Shown here piece by piece: positions 44,436 to 54,993 of a DNA stretch of 64,000 bases. This stretch comes from an uncultured SAR86 cluster bacterium (GTDB taxonomy: Bacteria > Pseudomonadota > Gammaproteobacteria > Magnimaribacterales > AG-339-G14): positions 189,248-253,247 of the forward strand of contig CABZJI010000001.1 in assembly GCA_902526045.1 (NCBI GenBank), read 5' to 3'. The notes under the pieces were generated by a model. The model searched no databases and was not told the origin of the DNA. It was given only the letters and a program-made list of their open reading frames with translations. The position numbers and the translations under genes are program-made. Position 1 is the first letter of the stretch. The number at the start of each line of letters is the position of its first letter.

Positions 44436-45229
44436 CAGACGGCTATGGGAGCTGAAATTGCAGGATGTGGATTATATTCTTTTACTTTGAAATCTCCATA
44501 GGAAAAATTAAAAAGATCTTTAATATCTTTATTTATTTCAAGGATCGGAAGTTTTTTTGGTTCTCTCTCAAGTTGTAATTTAGCTTGATCAATATGATTG
44601 TGATAAAGATGCGCATCACCAAGCGTTAAAATAAATTCCTTAGGCTTTAAGTTACAAACCTGAGCAATCATCATCGTCAAAAGGGCATAAGATGCTATGT
44701 TGAAGGGTACTCCAAGAAAAACATCCGCACTTCTTTGATAAAGTTGACATGATATTTTTCCGTCAGCTACATAAAATTGAAAAAGTATATGACAAGGCGG
44801 TAAAGCCATCTCATCGATGAGAGAGACATTCCATGCACTAACTATATGACGTCTGGAATTTGGATTATTTTTTATGCTTTCAGCAACTTGCTTTAATTGA
44901 TCAACTTTTTTGCCGTCGTGTGTTGGCCAAGATCTCCATTGCGATCCATAAACTGGACCAAGCTCTCCTTCTTTATCAGCCCACTCATCCCAAATCGTTA
45001 CCTTATTATCTTTTAAAAACTTTATATTAGTTTCTCCTTTAATAAACCAGAGCAACTCGTAAATGATAGATTTTAGATGAACCTTCTTGGTTGTTAATAA
45101 AGGGAAGCTATTTTCTAAATCAAATCTCAATTGTTCTCCAAAGATGCTTCTTGTCCCGGTGCCAGTTCGATCTTCTCTGTCAACTCCCTCGTTGATAATT
45201 TTTTCTACTAAATTTAAATAATTTCTCAT
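44435..45229 (-). CDS. thyA: thymidylate synthase
   Basis: 264 aa with DRTGTGT, the active-site LPPCH, and [19 protein letters not shown]. Confidence 0.97.
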   Translation of the reverse strand: MRNYLNLVEKIINEGVDREDRTGTGTRSIFGEQLRFDLENSFPLLTTKKVHLKSIIYELLWFIKGETNIKFLKDNKVTIWDEWADKEGELGPVYGSQWRSWPTHDGKKVDQLKQVAESIKNNPNSRRHIVSAWNVSLIDEMALPPCHILFQFYVADGKISCQLYQRSADVFLGVPFNIASYALLTMMIAQVCNLKPKEFILTLGDAHLYHNHIDQAKLQLEREPKKLPILEINKDIKDLFNFSYGDFKVKEYNPHPAISAPIAV

Positions 45230-46020
45230 GAAGTTTTTTTCCTATAAGCAAAGATAATTAAAAATATACCTATAATCAACATAGGTAAGCTTAAAAGCTG
45301 ACCCCTAGTAAACATTTCAAACAAATCAAATCCTATGTGTGCATCTGGTGTTCTAAAGTTTTCTGTAAAAATTCTCATAGCCGCATAGCCGCATAAAAAT
45401 AAGCCAGCTATAGACCATCTTGGAGGATTAGTCTGTGCAAATAAATAAAGCAAAATAAATAAGATAACACCTTCACTGAACGCCTGGTATAACTGAGAAG
45501 GATGTCTTAAAAGGCTTTCTGGATCATTTGAAAAAATCAATCCCCAAGAAGCTTCTGTTGGTCTTCCTAATAATTCCCCGCCCATAAAATTTCCTATCCT
45601 GACTGATCCAAGGCCTATAGGGAAGCAGATCGCGTAATGCTCCATTACATCAGAGAACTTGAGCTTATATTTTCTACCGAATAAGTAAAAAGAAAATAGC
45701 ACTCCTATTAGACCTCCATGAAAGGATAGGCCTCCTTCCCATATTCTTAAAACTGATAACGGATCATATATTAACTGCTCAGGAGCATAAAAGATCATAT
45801 AGCCAAATCTGCCGCCTAAAATTGCTCCTAAAATTCCATATGTTAAATAGTCTTCAGCTTGTTTTGGGCTTAATCTTTTACTTACTCTGCTGATTTTTTT
45901 TGCAGCAAAATTTACTCCTAAAATAGCAACTAACCATGAGATACCATACCAATAAACAGGCCACCAGCCGACTACTGGGATTGGGATATAAAAAGCAACT
46001 GGGTCAATATTAATGATCAT
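45226..46020 (-). CDS. lgt: prolipoprotein diacylglyceryl transferase
   Basis: 264 aa with [15 protein letters not shown]...HPSQLYQAF. Confidence 0.93.
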   Translation of the reverse strand: MIINIDPVAFYIPIPVVGWWPVYWYGISWLVAILGVNFAAKKISRVSKRLSPKQAEDYLTYGILGAILGGRFGYMIFYAPEQLIYDPLSVLRIWEGGLSFHGGLIGVLFSFYLFGRKYKLKFSDVMEHYAICFPIGLGSVRIGNFMGGELLGRPTEASWGLIFSNDPESLLRHPSQLYQAFSEGVILFILLYLFAQTNPPRWSIAGLFLCGYAAMRIFTENFRTPDAHIGFDLFEMFTRGQLLSLPMLIIGIFLIIFAYRKKTS

Positions 46021-46826
46021 AAGAAAGTAGAATAGAAAACCCTAAAAGCAGCAATAATTACTAAAATTGCAAAAGCTTTTTTAAGAATATCCCCTTGAGT
46101 ATTCGTAGATAAATTTGCCCCAATACGAGCGAAATAAATACTACTCAATCCAACAACTAAAATAGCGGGATAGAAAGCTGCACCGATAAGATAATCTACT
46201 TCTTTTGCAGCTTCTGGAATGAATAAAAAAACTGCCACTGAGCTGGATAAGGCAAAAGAAAATCCCATCACTGAAGATGTGCCTATAGCTTTGTGCATAG
46301 ACAGTCCTCTATATTTAAAGTAGGGAATCATTAAAATTCCTCCTCCAATTCCAACAATGGAGGTTAAAGAGGCTATCGCGGAAATGATAAGTATTAGTTC
46401 TCCTTTTTTTATTTGATTTGAACTTTGTTTAGGAGAAATATCAAAAATTAATTGTAAGGCAGCCAAAGTTAGTGAAACAGCAATTATAATTTGCAAGGTT
46501 GTGCTTTCGAAAAAAAACGAAATATATCTTCCCAAGAATGCAAATAACATTCCCACTAAGAAAACAATTCTTAAAATTTCTGTGTCCACATTACCGTTTT
46601 TATAGTGCGTTCTAGCGGCATTAGGAATTACTAGAGCCATAGTCGTCATGGAAGTTCCTGTCGCTAAAAATGGGATAATTTCTTTTGGAAAGTCTAAAAA
46701 TTCAAATAAGAAAATATAAGCCGGTACTAGCACGATGCCTGATCCAATTCCAAAGAAACCTGAAAGTAGCCCTGCAAAGATACCTAGAAATAAGAGAGCT
46801 ATAGTTATTTCAATCATTAGATGCAT
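46017..46826 (-). CDS. TauE/SafE (TSUP) family anion exporter
   Basis: A 269-aa polytopic protein with duplicated G-rich TM motifs (GFFGIGSG / GIGGGILMIP). Confidence 0.78.
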   Translation of the reverse strand: MHLMIEITIALLFLGIFAGLLSGFFGIGSGIVLVPAYIFLFEFLDFPKEIIPFLATGTSMTTMALVIPNAARTHYKNGNVDTEILRIVFLVGMLFAFLGRYISFFFESTTLQIIIAVSLTLAALQLIFDISPKQSSNQIKKGELILIISAIASLTSIVGIGGGILMIPYFKYRGLSMHKAIGTSSVMGFSFALSSSVAVFLFIPEAAKEVDYLIGAAFYPAILVVGLSSIYFARIGANLSTNTQGDILKKAFAILVIIAAFRVFYSTFL

Positions 46827-46870
46827 TATCTATGATAGGGGTGCTCTGATAAACTTCTTTCCAAAATAAA

Positions 46871-47647
46871 ATGTGTCTCATACTCACAGCAATAAATCCT
46901 AATTCTGAATTTAAGCTCGTCTTAGCATCAAACCGTGATGAGTTTTACGAAAGACCAACAAAAAATATGTTTTGGAGGTCAAACAAAGATATTCTTTCCG
47001 GTGAGGATGAGTTAAAGAAAGGTATGTGGCTGGGTCTCAATAAAAATGGAAGACTCGCTGCGGTGACAAACGTCAGGGATTTTTCTGATGATGAAGCTCT
47101 TAATGAGCCAGAAAAAAAAGAATCTAGGGGAGATTTAGTAAAAAACTTCTTAGAAGGTGAGCATACAACTAAAGAATACCTAGATGGAATTAATGGATCT
47201 AAATATCAAGGATTTAATTTGATCCTAGTGAAAGATTTTAAAGTTAGCATCGTATCAAGTGAGGGTACGGAATTAAATGAGGAGAAAAAAGGAACCTTTG
47301 TCTTGGGTAATAAAAAATATAATTCAGAAAGTGACAAGCTCTTAAGCGCAGAAATTGATTTTAACAACTTACTTAAATCTCAGATTACTCACAAAAGTCT
47401 ATTTCAATTTATGTCTAAACCAACTAATGAACCTTTTGCCTTTTCAAACGCATTTATTAAAGGTAATCATGGCAATGAATTTAATGCTCGTTTTATTAAG
47501 TCAGATATTTATGGAACGAGAGCTACTACTATCATAACAATTGATAAGGACAATAACTGTTTGATCTCTGAGAAAGTCTTTGATAACGAAGGCTTCGTTG
47601 AAGAAAACCATTTTGAATTTACTATAAAAAATGAAAGAGTTTCCTGA
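46871..47647 (+). CDS. NRDE family protein (TANGO2/DUF833-like)
   Basis: 258 aa. It has an N-terminal MC... and a literal NRDE motif (LASNRDEFYERPT). Confidence 0.75.
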   Translation: MCLILTAINPNSEFKLVLASNRDEFYERPTKNMFWRSNKDILSGEDELKKGMWLGLNKNGRLAAVTNVRDFSDDEALNEPEKKESRGDLVKNFLEGEHTTKEYLDGINGSKYQGFNLILVKDFKVSIVSSEGTELNEEKKGTFVLGNKKYNSESDKLLSAEIDFNNLLKSQITHKSLFQFMSKPTNEPFAFSNAFIKGNHGNEFNARFIKSDIYGTRATTIITIDKDNNCLISEKVFDNEGFVEENHFEFTIKNERVS

Positions 47648-48104
47648 AGGCTACAGAAAAAATGTAGCAGTCATTGTGAGAGATCCATCGAATGGAAAGT
47701 TACTTTTTTGTCGAAGATGCAATACAGATAATTGGCAATTTCCTCAAGGCGGTGTTGATAATGGAGAAGATACCACGGAGGCAATGTATCGAGAATTATA
47801 TGAGGAAGTAGGACTTGGTAAAGATGATATCAATATCGTGGCTACCTCAAAAGAATGGATCACTTATGACATTCCAAAATCAATGAGATCTTATGTTTTA
47901 GGAGGCAAATTCATAGGCCAGATTCAAAAGTGGTATTTTGTTGATCTCATTTCCTCAAAAGAGAAAGTAGATTTAAATCAAGATATTAAGCCAGAATTTG
48001 ACACTCATGAATGGGTCACATATTGGCTTCCCTTAGGAAAAGTTATTGACTTTAAAAAAGAAGCTTACAGAAAAGTACTTATTGAGTTTGCTGAGCAAAT
48101 GTAA
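47631..48104 (+). CDS. rppH: RNA pyrophosphohydrolase (Nudix)
   Basis: 157 aa with GYRKNVAVIV and the Nudix box WQFPQGGVDNGEDTTEAMYRELYEEVGL. Confidence 0.88.
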   Translation: MKEFPEGYRKNVAVIVRDPSNGKLLFCRRCNTDNWQFPQGGVDNGEDTTEAMYRELYEEVGLGKDDINIVATSKEWITYDIPKSMRSYVLGGKFIGQIQKWYFVDLISSKEKVDLNQDIKPEFDTHEWVTYWLPLGKVIDFKKEAYRKVLIEFAEQM

Positions 48105-48107
48105 AAG

Positions 48108-48755
48108 ATGAAAATACATATTTTTGATTTGGATGACACACTCCTATGCGGAGACTCTGAGGGAGCGTGGATAAACTTTTTATCGACAAAAGGTTTCTTT
48201 AATAATGATGACCATAAAACAATAATGGGACAATTTGAAATAAATTATCGTTCTGGTAATTTTGATCCAGAAAAATACTGTCTTTATATCCTTCAATCCA
48301 TGAAGGGCATGCATGAAAGAGAATTAGCAAATTTATCCGATGAATTTATTGATAAGTACTTTGATGAATTAGTAGATCAAGTTACCTTCAATCTTTTAGA
48401 TAGGATTGAAGAAGAAGATATTTCAGTTATTGCTACTGGTGCCATGGATTTTCTAGGAGATAAGTTCTCTCATAAATTTGGCATTCAAGACTGCATAGCA
48501 ACAAAAGCAGAGATTATAAGCAATGAAATATCCGGCAGGTTAGATGGGCCGCCCAACTTTGCTGCTTATAAGAAAGCTAATGTCGAAGAGTGGTGTAGAC
48601 GTAAAAGTATTTCAAAAAAAGACATAATTTTTTATACCGATTCAATAAATGATCTACCTTTGGTAGAAAATAGTCCTAAAAATGTAATCGTATGCCCAGA
48701 TCTTAAATTAGAAAAAATTGCTCAGGAAAATAAATTAGAAATTATTTATCGTTAA
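48108..48755 (+). CDS. HAD-IB family hydrolase
   Basis: 215 aa with the DLDDTLL motif I and a C-terminal TDSINDLPL motif. Confidence 0.75.
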   Translation: MKIHIFDLDDTLLCGDSEGAWINFLSTKGFFNNDDHKTIMGQFEINYRSGNFDPEKYCLYILQSMKGMHERELANLSDEFIDKYFDELVDQVTFNLLDRIEEEDISVIATGAMDFLGDKFSHKFGIQDCIATKAEIISNEISGRLDGPPNFAAYKKANVEEWCRRKSISKKDIIFYTDSINDLPLVENSPKNVIVCPDLKLEKIAQENKLEIIYR

Positions 48756-48772
48756 CATATTAAAATAAATAC

Positions 48773-49993
48773 ATGGTTGATCTAAAAGAACAATACGATT
48801 CTTTTTGCAAAGAAAAAAATGCAATTGATTTAACGAGAGGAAAACCCTCTCCTGATCAGCTGACTTTTTCAGAAGAGCTTGATGGCATTTTAGATGGCAA
48901 TTTCACTCAAGACGGCATAGACATTAGAAACTATGGCGAGATAAAAGGACTACCTTCTGCTAGAAAACTTGGTGCTGAATTGCTGGATTATTCTGAAGAA
49001 TTTGTCCTTGCTTCCTCAAATAGTAGCTTAACTTTGATGGGCAATCTTTTGTCAGCCTTTCTCTTTAATGGAAGCGGAGATGCTCCTTGGAATGAATTGG
49101 AGACTGTATCCATAATTTGTCCTGTTCCCGGTTATGATCGACACTTTGCACTCTGCGAGAAACTTGGTATTAAGATGATAAAAGTCCCATTAACGGGGAA
49201 TGGACCCGACATGAATATAGTCGAAGATTTAGTCAAGAATGATGAAAGCATTAAAGGAATATGGTGTATACCCAAACATTCAAATCCCACTGGAGAAATA
49301 TATTCACAAGATACTGTTAAAAGAATAGCCAATCTCCCATTACTAGGAGCTCCAGATTTTATTATTCTTTGGGATAATGCATACACAGTTCATGATTTTG
49401 CTGACTCAAAAAAACTTTCTAGTATTCAAAATATCTCTCAAGAATTAAATACTTTTGATAATGTTGCTACTTTCGGAAGCACCAGCAAGATAACTTTTGC
49501 TGGTGGTGGTATAGCTTTTTTGGGAGCTTCCGATAAGTTAATGACGTTATTTTTGGATTACTTTTCTAAATTCAATTTCAGTCCAGATAAAGTTAATCAA
49601 GCAAGACACGTAAGATTCCTTAAAAATAAAAAAGGAACAGAGGCTCATATGAAAAAGCTGGCTGCTCTCATAAAGCCTAAATTTGACCTAGTAGATAAGT
49701 ATTTAAATTCTTTGCCAGAAGGATTAGCTACTTGGACAAAACCAACAGGAGGATACTTTGTATCCTTTGACTCTAAGCTCGGACAGGCCTCTAAAATAAA
49801 TGATTTATGTAAGGAGGCTGGGCTTAATCTCACGCCAGTGGGTTCTGCCTTTCCTTATAGAAGAGATCAAGAAAATAGCAATATCAGGATCGCGCCCACT
49901 TACGTGTCAATTGACGAGCTTGATAAGGCTATGCAAATATTTGTGTGTTGTGTGAAGTTAGCAAATGAAATTGAAAAGAAATCAGTTTCTTGA
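48773..49993 (+). CDS. PLP-dependent aminotransferase (class I/II fold)
   Basis: 406 aa with DLTRGKPSPDQL, NPTGEIY and GSTSKITFAGGGIAF (PLP-lysine region). Confidence 0.72.
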   Translation: MVDLKEQYDSFCKEKNAIDLTRGKPSPDQLTFSEELDGILDGNFTQDGIDIRNYGEIKGLPSARKLGAELLDYSEEFVLASSNSSLTLMGNLLSAFLFNGSGDAPWNELETVSIICPVPGYDRHFALCEKLGIKMIKVPLTGNGPDMNIVEDLVKNDESIKGIWCIPKHSNPTGEIYSQDTVKRIANLPLLGAPDFIILWDNAYTVHDFADSKKLSSIQNISQELNTFDNVATFGSTSKITFAGGGIAFLGASDKLMTLFLDYFSKFNFSPDKVNQARHVRFLKNKKGTEAHMKKLAALIKPKFDLVDKYLNSLPEGLATWTKPTGGYFVSFDSKLGQASKINDLCKEAGLNLTPVGSAFPYRRDQENSNIRIAPTYVSIDELDKAMQIFVCCVKLANEIEKKSVS

Positions 49994-50326
49994 TGTTTCT
50001 CTAACTTCGTAAGATTGACCTTTAAAGGGTCCAAAAAATTCTTTTACATCAGGATGGTCAACCGGTGAGTTCGAGTCGTCGGCAATTAAATTTTGCTGGG
50101 AAACATAAGCGGTGTAAAACACATCATCATTCTCAGCAAAGACATGATAGAAGGGCTGATCTTTTCTAGGTCTTATTTGTTGAGGAATGCTTTGATACCA
50201 TTCTTCGGTATTATTGAACTCGGGATCAACGTCGAATATGACCCCTCTGAAATCAAGGTATTTATGCCTTACAACTTGTCCAATGGAATAATTAGTTACG
50301 ATCAGTTCTTTCATTGATAAATTCAT
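49982..50326 (-). CDS. hspQ: heat-shock protein HspQ (YccV-like hemimethylated-DNA-binding domain)
   Basis: 114 aa with YSIGQVVRHKYLDFRGVIFDVDP...QPFYHVF. Confidence 0.8.
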   Translation of the reverse strand: MNLSMKELIVTNYSIGQVVRHKYLDFRGVIFDVDPEFNNTEEWYQSIPQQIRPRKDQPFYHVFAENDDVFYTAYVSQQNLIADDSNSPVDHPDVKEFFGPFKGQSYEVRETSRN

Positions 50327-50362
50327 TCTAACATCTTTTTTATGAGGGCTATGTCAAAAAAA

Positions 50363-51430
50363 TCAACCTTTGTGTCTTGTCTGTAGGTAATCGTTAGTTT
50401 GCATTTCAGTTATCCGGCTTAAGGTCCTTTGAAATTTATCAGCTAGCCTTTTACCTGCGTATATTTCGTCTGGAAGAGCGGCGGAAAGAAAAACTACTTT
50501 AACATTACGATCGTAACATTCATCAATAAACGCAATAAATCGTCTTGCAGCATCATCTTCTGAAATTATATTTAGATTTGATATAAAAATTGTATGGAAC
50601 TCTTTTGATAACTCAATGTAATCAGAAGAACTCCTTGGGGAACTAAAAATGACATCAGCTGAAAAATGAATTATGTCATTTGATGAATCTTCGAAATCAA
50701 TCTCCCTACCCAAGATATCAATTGAATCTGGACCAGAACTCGCTCCTTTGGACAATTGTTGAAATAATTTATTAAAGCCACTCGATTTATCAGAATCCAT
50801 AGGAGAGAAATAAATACCACTTTTTTCTAATTCTCTTAATCTGTAATCTGTATCTGACTCAAGACAAATTATTTCACAATGATTTTCAATGGCTGATATT
50901 GCAGAGAGAAAAGATTTTCGCTGAAGACCCCCCATATAGAGATCACTTGGTTTTATATTTGAAGTGAAGACCATTTTGACTTTAGACGCTAATAGTTTTT
51001 CCATTGATCTGCCAAGCAACATTGCGTCGCCAATGTCCTCAACATAAAACTCATCAAAGCAGATTAGGTCATAACTTTTTTCCAATTCAGAAACTACAAT
51101 GTTCAATGGATCATTTTTTCCCGATAGCTCGGCCAGCCTTGAATGTATGGATTGCATAAATCGGTGAAAATGTTGGCGAATTTTTTTTTCAGTTTTTACC
51201 GAATCAAAAAATAAATCCATGAGCATGGTTTTACCCCTTCCAACACCACCATATATGTAAACGCCCTCTAGTCGATTTGACGGCTTTTTGAAGAAACCTT
51301 TGATATTTTTTAAGATTCCATCTTTAGCTATATTCTCTGAGAGGTTCTCAAGAATTTCTACAATTTTGAGCTGATCAGGATCTTCCTGAAGGATTCCTGA
51401 TTCAACTTGGGCTAAGTATTCTTTTTTCAG
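50363..51430 (-). CDS. zapE: cell-division protein ZapE (AFG1-like ATPase); non-canonical start
   Basis: The track ORF starts at the ATG at 51226, but the Walker A motif GGVGRGKT is encoded just upstream of that ATG in the same frame. That frame is open back to 51439 and holds no ATG, GTG or TTG; the candidate starts are CTG at 51430 and ATT at 51433. Confidence 0.8.
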   Translation of the reverse strand: MKKEYLAQVESGILQEDPDQLKIVEILENLSENIAKDGILKNIKGFFKKPSNRLEGVYIYGGVGRGKTMLMDLFFDSVKTEKKIRQHFHRFMQSIHSRLAELSGKNDPLNIVVSELEKSYDLICFDEFYVEDIGDAMLLGRSMEKLLASKVKMVFTSNIKPSDLYMGGLQRKSFLSAISAIENHCEIICLESDTDYRLRELEKSGIYFSPMDSDKSSGFNKLFQQLSKGASSGPDSIDILGREIDFEDSSNDIIHFSADVIFSSPRSSSDYIELSKEFHTIFISNLNIISEDDAARRFIAFIDECYDRNVKVVFLSAALPDEIYAGKRLADKFQRTLSRITEMQTNDYLQTRHKG

Positions 51431-51432
51431 AA

Positions 51433-51717
51433 TTAGACTTTATTATGAACTGAAATCTCTGGAGCTCCAGCCATAAATGGCCCCAATGCCATTCCAAGCG
51501 TCTTAAAATGTTCTGTTTGGGAATGACTTTTGTAAGCCTCGTCAGTTTTATATAGCTCCATCATCATAATGGTTTGCGGATCATCGGTCTCATGCATTTC
51601 GTAATAAAAGCAATCAGGCTCATTATCAGCTACTGCTTGAACCAACTTACCCATGGCTTCTATAAAGTTATCTCTATCCCCGTCTTTTATTTTTAATTTA
51701 GCTATTACTCCAATCAT
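51433..51717 (-). CDS. antibiotic-biosynthesis-monooxygenase (ABM/Dabb) domain protein
   Basis: 94 aa. The sequence MIGVIAKLKIKDG...FYYEMHE...MELYKTDEAYKSHSQTEHF fits the ABM ferredoxin-like fold pattern. Confidence 0.72.
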   Translation of the reverse strand: MIGVIAKLKIKDGDRDNFIEAMGKLVQAVADNEPDCFYYEMHETDDPQTIMMMELYKTDEAYKSHSQTEHFKTLGMALGPFMAGAPEISVHNKV

Positions 51718-51787
51718 TATTTATCCTCATTGATTTAAATTGATTTAAGATACCAAAGTATAACCATTTAATACTCAAGGAGAAATC

Positions 51788-52402
51788 ATGATTAAAATTT
51801 GGGCAACGCAAGGTTCAAGAGCTATAAGACCAATATGGACAGCTGAAGAAATGGGATTAGATTTTGAACTGACCATGATGCCTTTTCCTCCAAGAGTTTT
51901 TATGAAGGAATATCTTGATGTAAATATGCTTGGGACCATCCCGTACCTAACAGATGGAGATGTAAAAATGACCGAATCAGTAGCAATGGCACAATACTTG
52001 GTTGAAAAATATGGTCCTACTGATCTAAGAGTTTTGCCCGATGAGCCTGATTATCCAGCTTATCTAAATTGGTTATTCCATTCAGATGCAACTTTAACTT
52101 TTCCTCAAACGGTTGTTCTTCGGTACAAACTTCAGGAGCCTGGAGTAGCAGATGCTGCAGTTGATGGTTACAGTAGATGGTTTGTATCGAGATTGAAGTT
52201 GCTTGAAACAACATTAGAAGATAAAGAATTTCTTTGTTCCGACAGGTTTACTATCGCAGATATTTGTGTGAGTTATGCCATTACGTTGGCAGATTCTTTG
52301 GGGATTGAACAAGCATTTAAACCTAATATTAAACGCTGGACAGATATGCTCTTTAATAGAGAAGCTTACAAAAAGTCTATGTCTTATAAATTTGAAGAAT
52401 AA
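51788..52402 (+). CDS. glutathione S-transferase family protein
   Basis: 204 aa with a GST N-domain (LGTIPYLTDGDVKMTESVAMAQYL) and a helical C-domain. Confidence 0.8.
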   Translation: MIKIWATQGSRAIRPIWTAEEMGLDFELTMMPFPPRVFMKEYLDVNMLGTIPYLTDGDVKMTESVAMAQYLVEKYGPTDLRVLPDEPDYPAYLNWLFHSDATLTFPQTVVLRYKLQEPGVADAAVDGYSRWFVSRLKLLETTLEDKEFLCSDRFTIADICVSYAITLADSLGIEQAFKPNIKRWTDMLFNREAYKKSMSYKFEE

Positions 52403-52421
52403 TAGAAATAAAATTTCTATA

Positions 52422-53294
52422 TCAATTTTTCTTTGGCGGCAACGGAATCAGAATTGAAGTTTTTTTCAGGTACTCTTGGTATTTGTCATTTCCCTTCCAT
52501 TGTTTTCTTCCTCTAGCTTCAAGAAGACTCACTCCACTTATTTTAGTGAGTTGAATAAAAACAAAGATAGGTGATATCAGGGCAAAATATAGCCAACCCT
52601 GAAGAGATGGAAGAGCAACAACAGCTACGCCAAACCATAATAGGATCTCTCCAAAATAGTTAGGATGTCTTGACCAGGCCCAAAGACCCGATGTTATAAA
52701 TTTATCCTCATTCTCTTTGATAGCCCTAAAATTTGTTTTTTGATTATCTGCAATAACCTCAATAAGGAACCCAGTTAACCATATTAAAAATCCAAGAATA
52801 TGAATGATATTAAAGCTGATTTCTTTTGGAGATGAAATTGCAGCTAGAGCGGCGCCAAGCGATAATAAAACCCACAATCCCTGAATATTCCATGTCATAA
52901 AAAACCAAGAAAATTTAGTTTTCATGATTGTGAATCTTTTATCTTCTCCAGCTTTTCTTACTCTCCAAAATAAGAAAGATCCTAGACGGATTGCCCAAAT
53001 AGATACCATTAGGGCTAATAAAATGTTTATTAAAGATAAGTTTGGACTCAATGCTACAGATAAAATTGATATTGATATAAAGGTAAGGCTTCCAGTTAAA
53101 TCAAAGAAATGTTCTGTCTGATTTAAATAAGAAGGAATAAAGATTACATATTGAATTACAAAAATTATTAATGCACAAAATCCGAATAAAGGTATCCCCG
53201 ATATAGTAAGTGAATTTAGGCTGCAGACCCACGCGACTAAAAGAGCCACCACAAGAGTTACCGCAGTACCTATGTTTGATTGAGTTCTATTCAT
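52422..53294 (-). CDS. DUF1295 / steroid-5-alpha-reductase-like membrane protein
   Basis: A 290-aa polytopic protein with a C-terminal SGLWAWSRHPNYFGEILLWFG motif. Confidence 0.75.
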   Translation of the reverse strand: MNRTQSNIGTAVTLVVALLVAWVCSLNSLTISGIPLFGFCALIIFVIQYVIFIPSYLNQTEHFFDLTGSLTFISISILSVALSPNLSLINILLALMVSIWAIRLGSFLFWRVRKAGEDKRFTIMKTKFSWFFMTWNIQGLWVLLSLGAALAAISSPKEISFNIIHILGFLIWLTGFLIEVIADNQKTNFRAIKENEDKFITSGLWAWSRHPNYFGEILLWFGVAVVALPSLQGWLYFALISPIFVFIQLTKISGVSLLEARGRKQWKGNDKYQEYLKKTSILIPLPPKKN

Positions 53295-53367
53295 AAGAAA
53301 ATTCTACTATAAGACTTGATTTGAAAGCTTATTTAGATGATATTATTTTGTATAAAAGGAGAAGACA

Positions 53368-53796
53368 ATGAAAACACTGTTAAAAAAAGTTTTTTATATG
53401 GGGTCATTAATGTTCTTAAGCTCTATGGCTCTTGGATATTCAATTTCTGGGGATTCTTTTAAAGCAAACTTAGAAATTGACACAATTAATTTTGGTGAGG
53501 AATACGCCTTAATTTCTGCTTCTGGGAGAGCGGGAGAATACGGTGCCGTTTATGCTGATTACAAACTCATGCCATCAAATGATGAAAGAAATTCTGGAAC
53601 TATTTCTGGTCTAGCAAGAGCTATAAATGATGATGGTGTTCTTACAGGAGCAAACCTAACTGGCGTCTATAAAAGAAATGGCGGAATCATTAGCATTTAT
53701 ATGCTTGATGAGCTAACGAATGGTGTCATTCATTATGTTGAAGGCACAATTAATGTTGTTTCAAAGAAAATAGATATCGAAGTCTATCCTAAATAA
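53368..53796 (+). CDS. hypothetical secreted protein
   Basis: 142 aa with a signal peptide and a beta-rich composition. I recognise no motif. It ends 14 nt before the next gene. Confidence 0.5.
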   Translation: MKTLLKKVFYMGSLMFLSSMALGYSISGDSFKANLEIDTINFGEEYALISASGRAGEYGAVYADYKLMPSNDERNSGTISGLARAINDDGVLTGANLTGVYKRNGGIISIYMLDELTNGVIHYVEGTINVVSKKIDIEVYPK

Positions 53797-53810
53797 AAAG
53801 GAGAAAAATT

Positions 53811-54950
53811 ATGATGAATTCAAAAATTTGCGAGTTACTCGACATAGAATTTCCACTCGTCGCGTTCACTCATTGTCGAGATGTTGTTGTCGCTGTATCA
53901 AAGGCTGGCGGCTGCGGAGTTCTTGGTGCAGTGGGCATGTCGCCTGAGCAATTAGAAAAAGAACTTAAGTGGATCGATGATCATATCGATGGTAAGCCCT
54001 ATGGCGTGGATGTTCTCATTCCTAACAAAATGGTTGATCAAAGTGAAAAATTTGATGCAGACAAATTAAAAAGCATGATTCCTCAAGAATATGCAGATTA
54101 CCGAGCAGATATTCTTGAAAAACATGACATTGAGGCCTCTGAGCTCAGAACAATTGATACAGCAGGGTCAAGTTTCGCACAAAACACTAAAGCAGATGGT
54201 GCTAAAGCTCTTTTAGATGTTGCTTTCAGTCATCCGATTAAGCTGATTGCAAATGCTTTAGGAGTTCCACCCGATTGGATGCTGGAAATGGGTAAACAAA
54301 ACGATGTAAAAGTTGCAGCTTTACTTGGAACTGCACAGCATGCTATCAATCAGGTTAAAGCCGGAGTAGATATTCTTGTGGTTTCAGGAACAGAGGCAGG
54401 AGGGCACTGTGGAAGTGTTTCAACGATGGTGTTGATTCCCGAGGTTCATAAAGCAATTCAACCTTATGGAGACGTCCCGATTCTAGCCGCCGGAGGAATC
54501 GTTACCGGACAGCAAATGGCTGCTGCCATGGCTATGGGTGCATCAGGAGCATGGTGCGGCTCAGTTTGGCTAACTACTGTTGAATCCGAAGTACCCCCAG
54601 TTATTAAAGAAAAAATGGTTGCTGCAAATTCAAGCGAGACCGTAAGATCGAGGAGCAGAACAGGAAAACATTCCAGACAATTAATATCTCCATGGACGGA
54701 TGCTTGGGAATCTGACAAAGCTCCTGACCCTCTACCAATGCCTTTACAACCGATGGTGGCAGAGCCAGCACTTCAAAAAGTTAATAAACTTGCTGAGGGC
54801 GGTCACGATGGAGCGAAAGAGCTCTCTACTTACTGGGTCGGACAAGGAGTAGGTCTAATGAACGCAACGATATCGGCTAGTGATGTTGTTCAAGAATTCA
54901 AAGCAGAATTTATATCTGCGTACGAAAGACTTACTAATTTTGTAAATTAG
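53811..54950 (+). CDS. nitronate monooxygenase (NMO/2-nitropropane dioxygenase family, FMN)
   Basis: 379 aa with FPLVAFTH...SKAGGCGVLGA...VSGTEAGGH...AAGGI. Confidence 0.85.
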   Translation: MMNSKICELLDIEFPLVAFTHCRDVVVAVSKAGGCGVLGAVGMSPEQLEKELKWIDDHIDGKPYGVDVLIPNKMVDQSEKFDADKLKSMIPQEYADYRADILEKHDIEASELRTIDTAGSSFAQNTKADGAKALLDVAFSHPIKLIANALGVPPDWMLEMGKQNDVKVAALLGTAQHAINQVKAGVDILVVSGTEAGGHCGSVSTMVLIPEVHKAIQPYGDVPILAAGGIVTGQQMAAAMAMGASGAWCGSVWLTTVESEVPPVIKEKMVAANSSETVRSRSRTGKHSRQLISPWTDAWESDKAPDPLPMPLQPMVAEPALQKVNKLAEGGHDGAKELSTYWVGQGVGLMNATISASDVVQEFKAEFISAYERLTNFVN

Positions 54951-54960
54951 GTTCTCTTAA

Positions 54961-54993
54961 AAAAGCTACAGATCCTATCCTGTAGCTTTTTTA
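54961..54993 (+). terminator. rho-independent terminator after the NMO gene
   Basis: A perfect 11-bp stem (AAAAGCTACAG at 54961-54971 paired with CTGTAGCTTTT at 54980-54990), an 8-nt loop and a trailing T-run. The A-run on the 5' side could make it bidirectional. Confidence 0.7.

Noticed and set aside
51426-51442. A possible programmed frameshift fusing the ABM protein to ZapE.
   Set aside because: The ZapE frame has its own stop (TAA at 51442-51440) only three codons before the ABM stop, which leaves a 4-nt window for a shift. The sequence cat aat aaa gtc taa contains no X XXY YYZ slippery heptamer. Near-cognate reinitiation is simpler.
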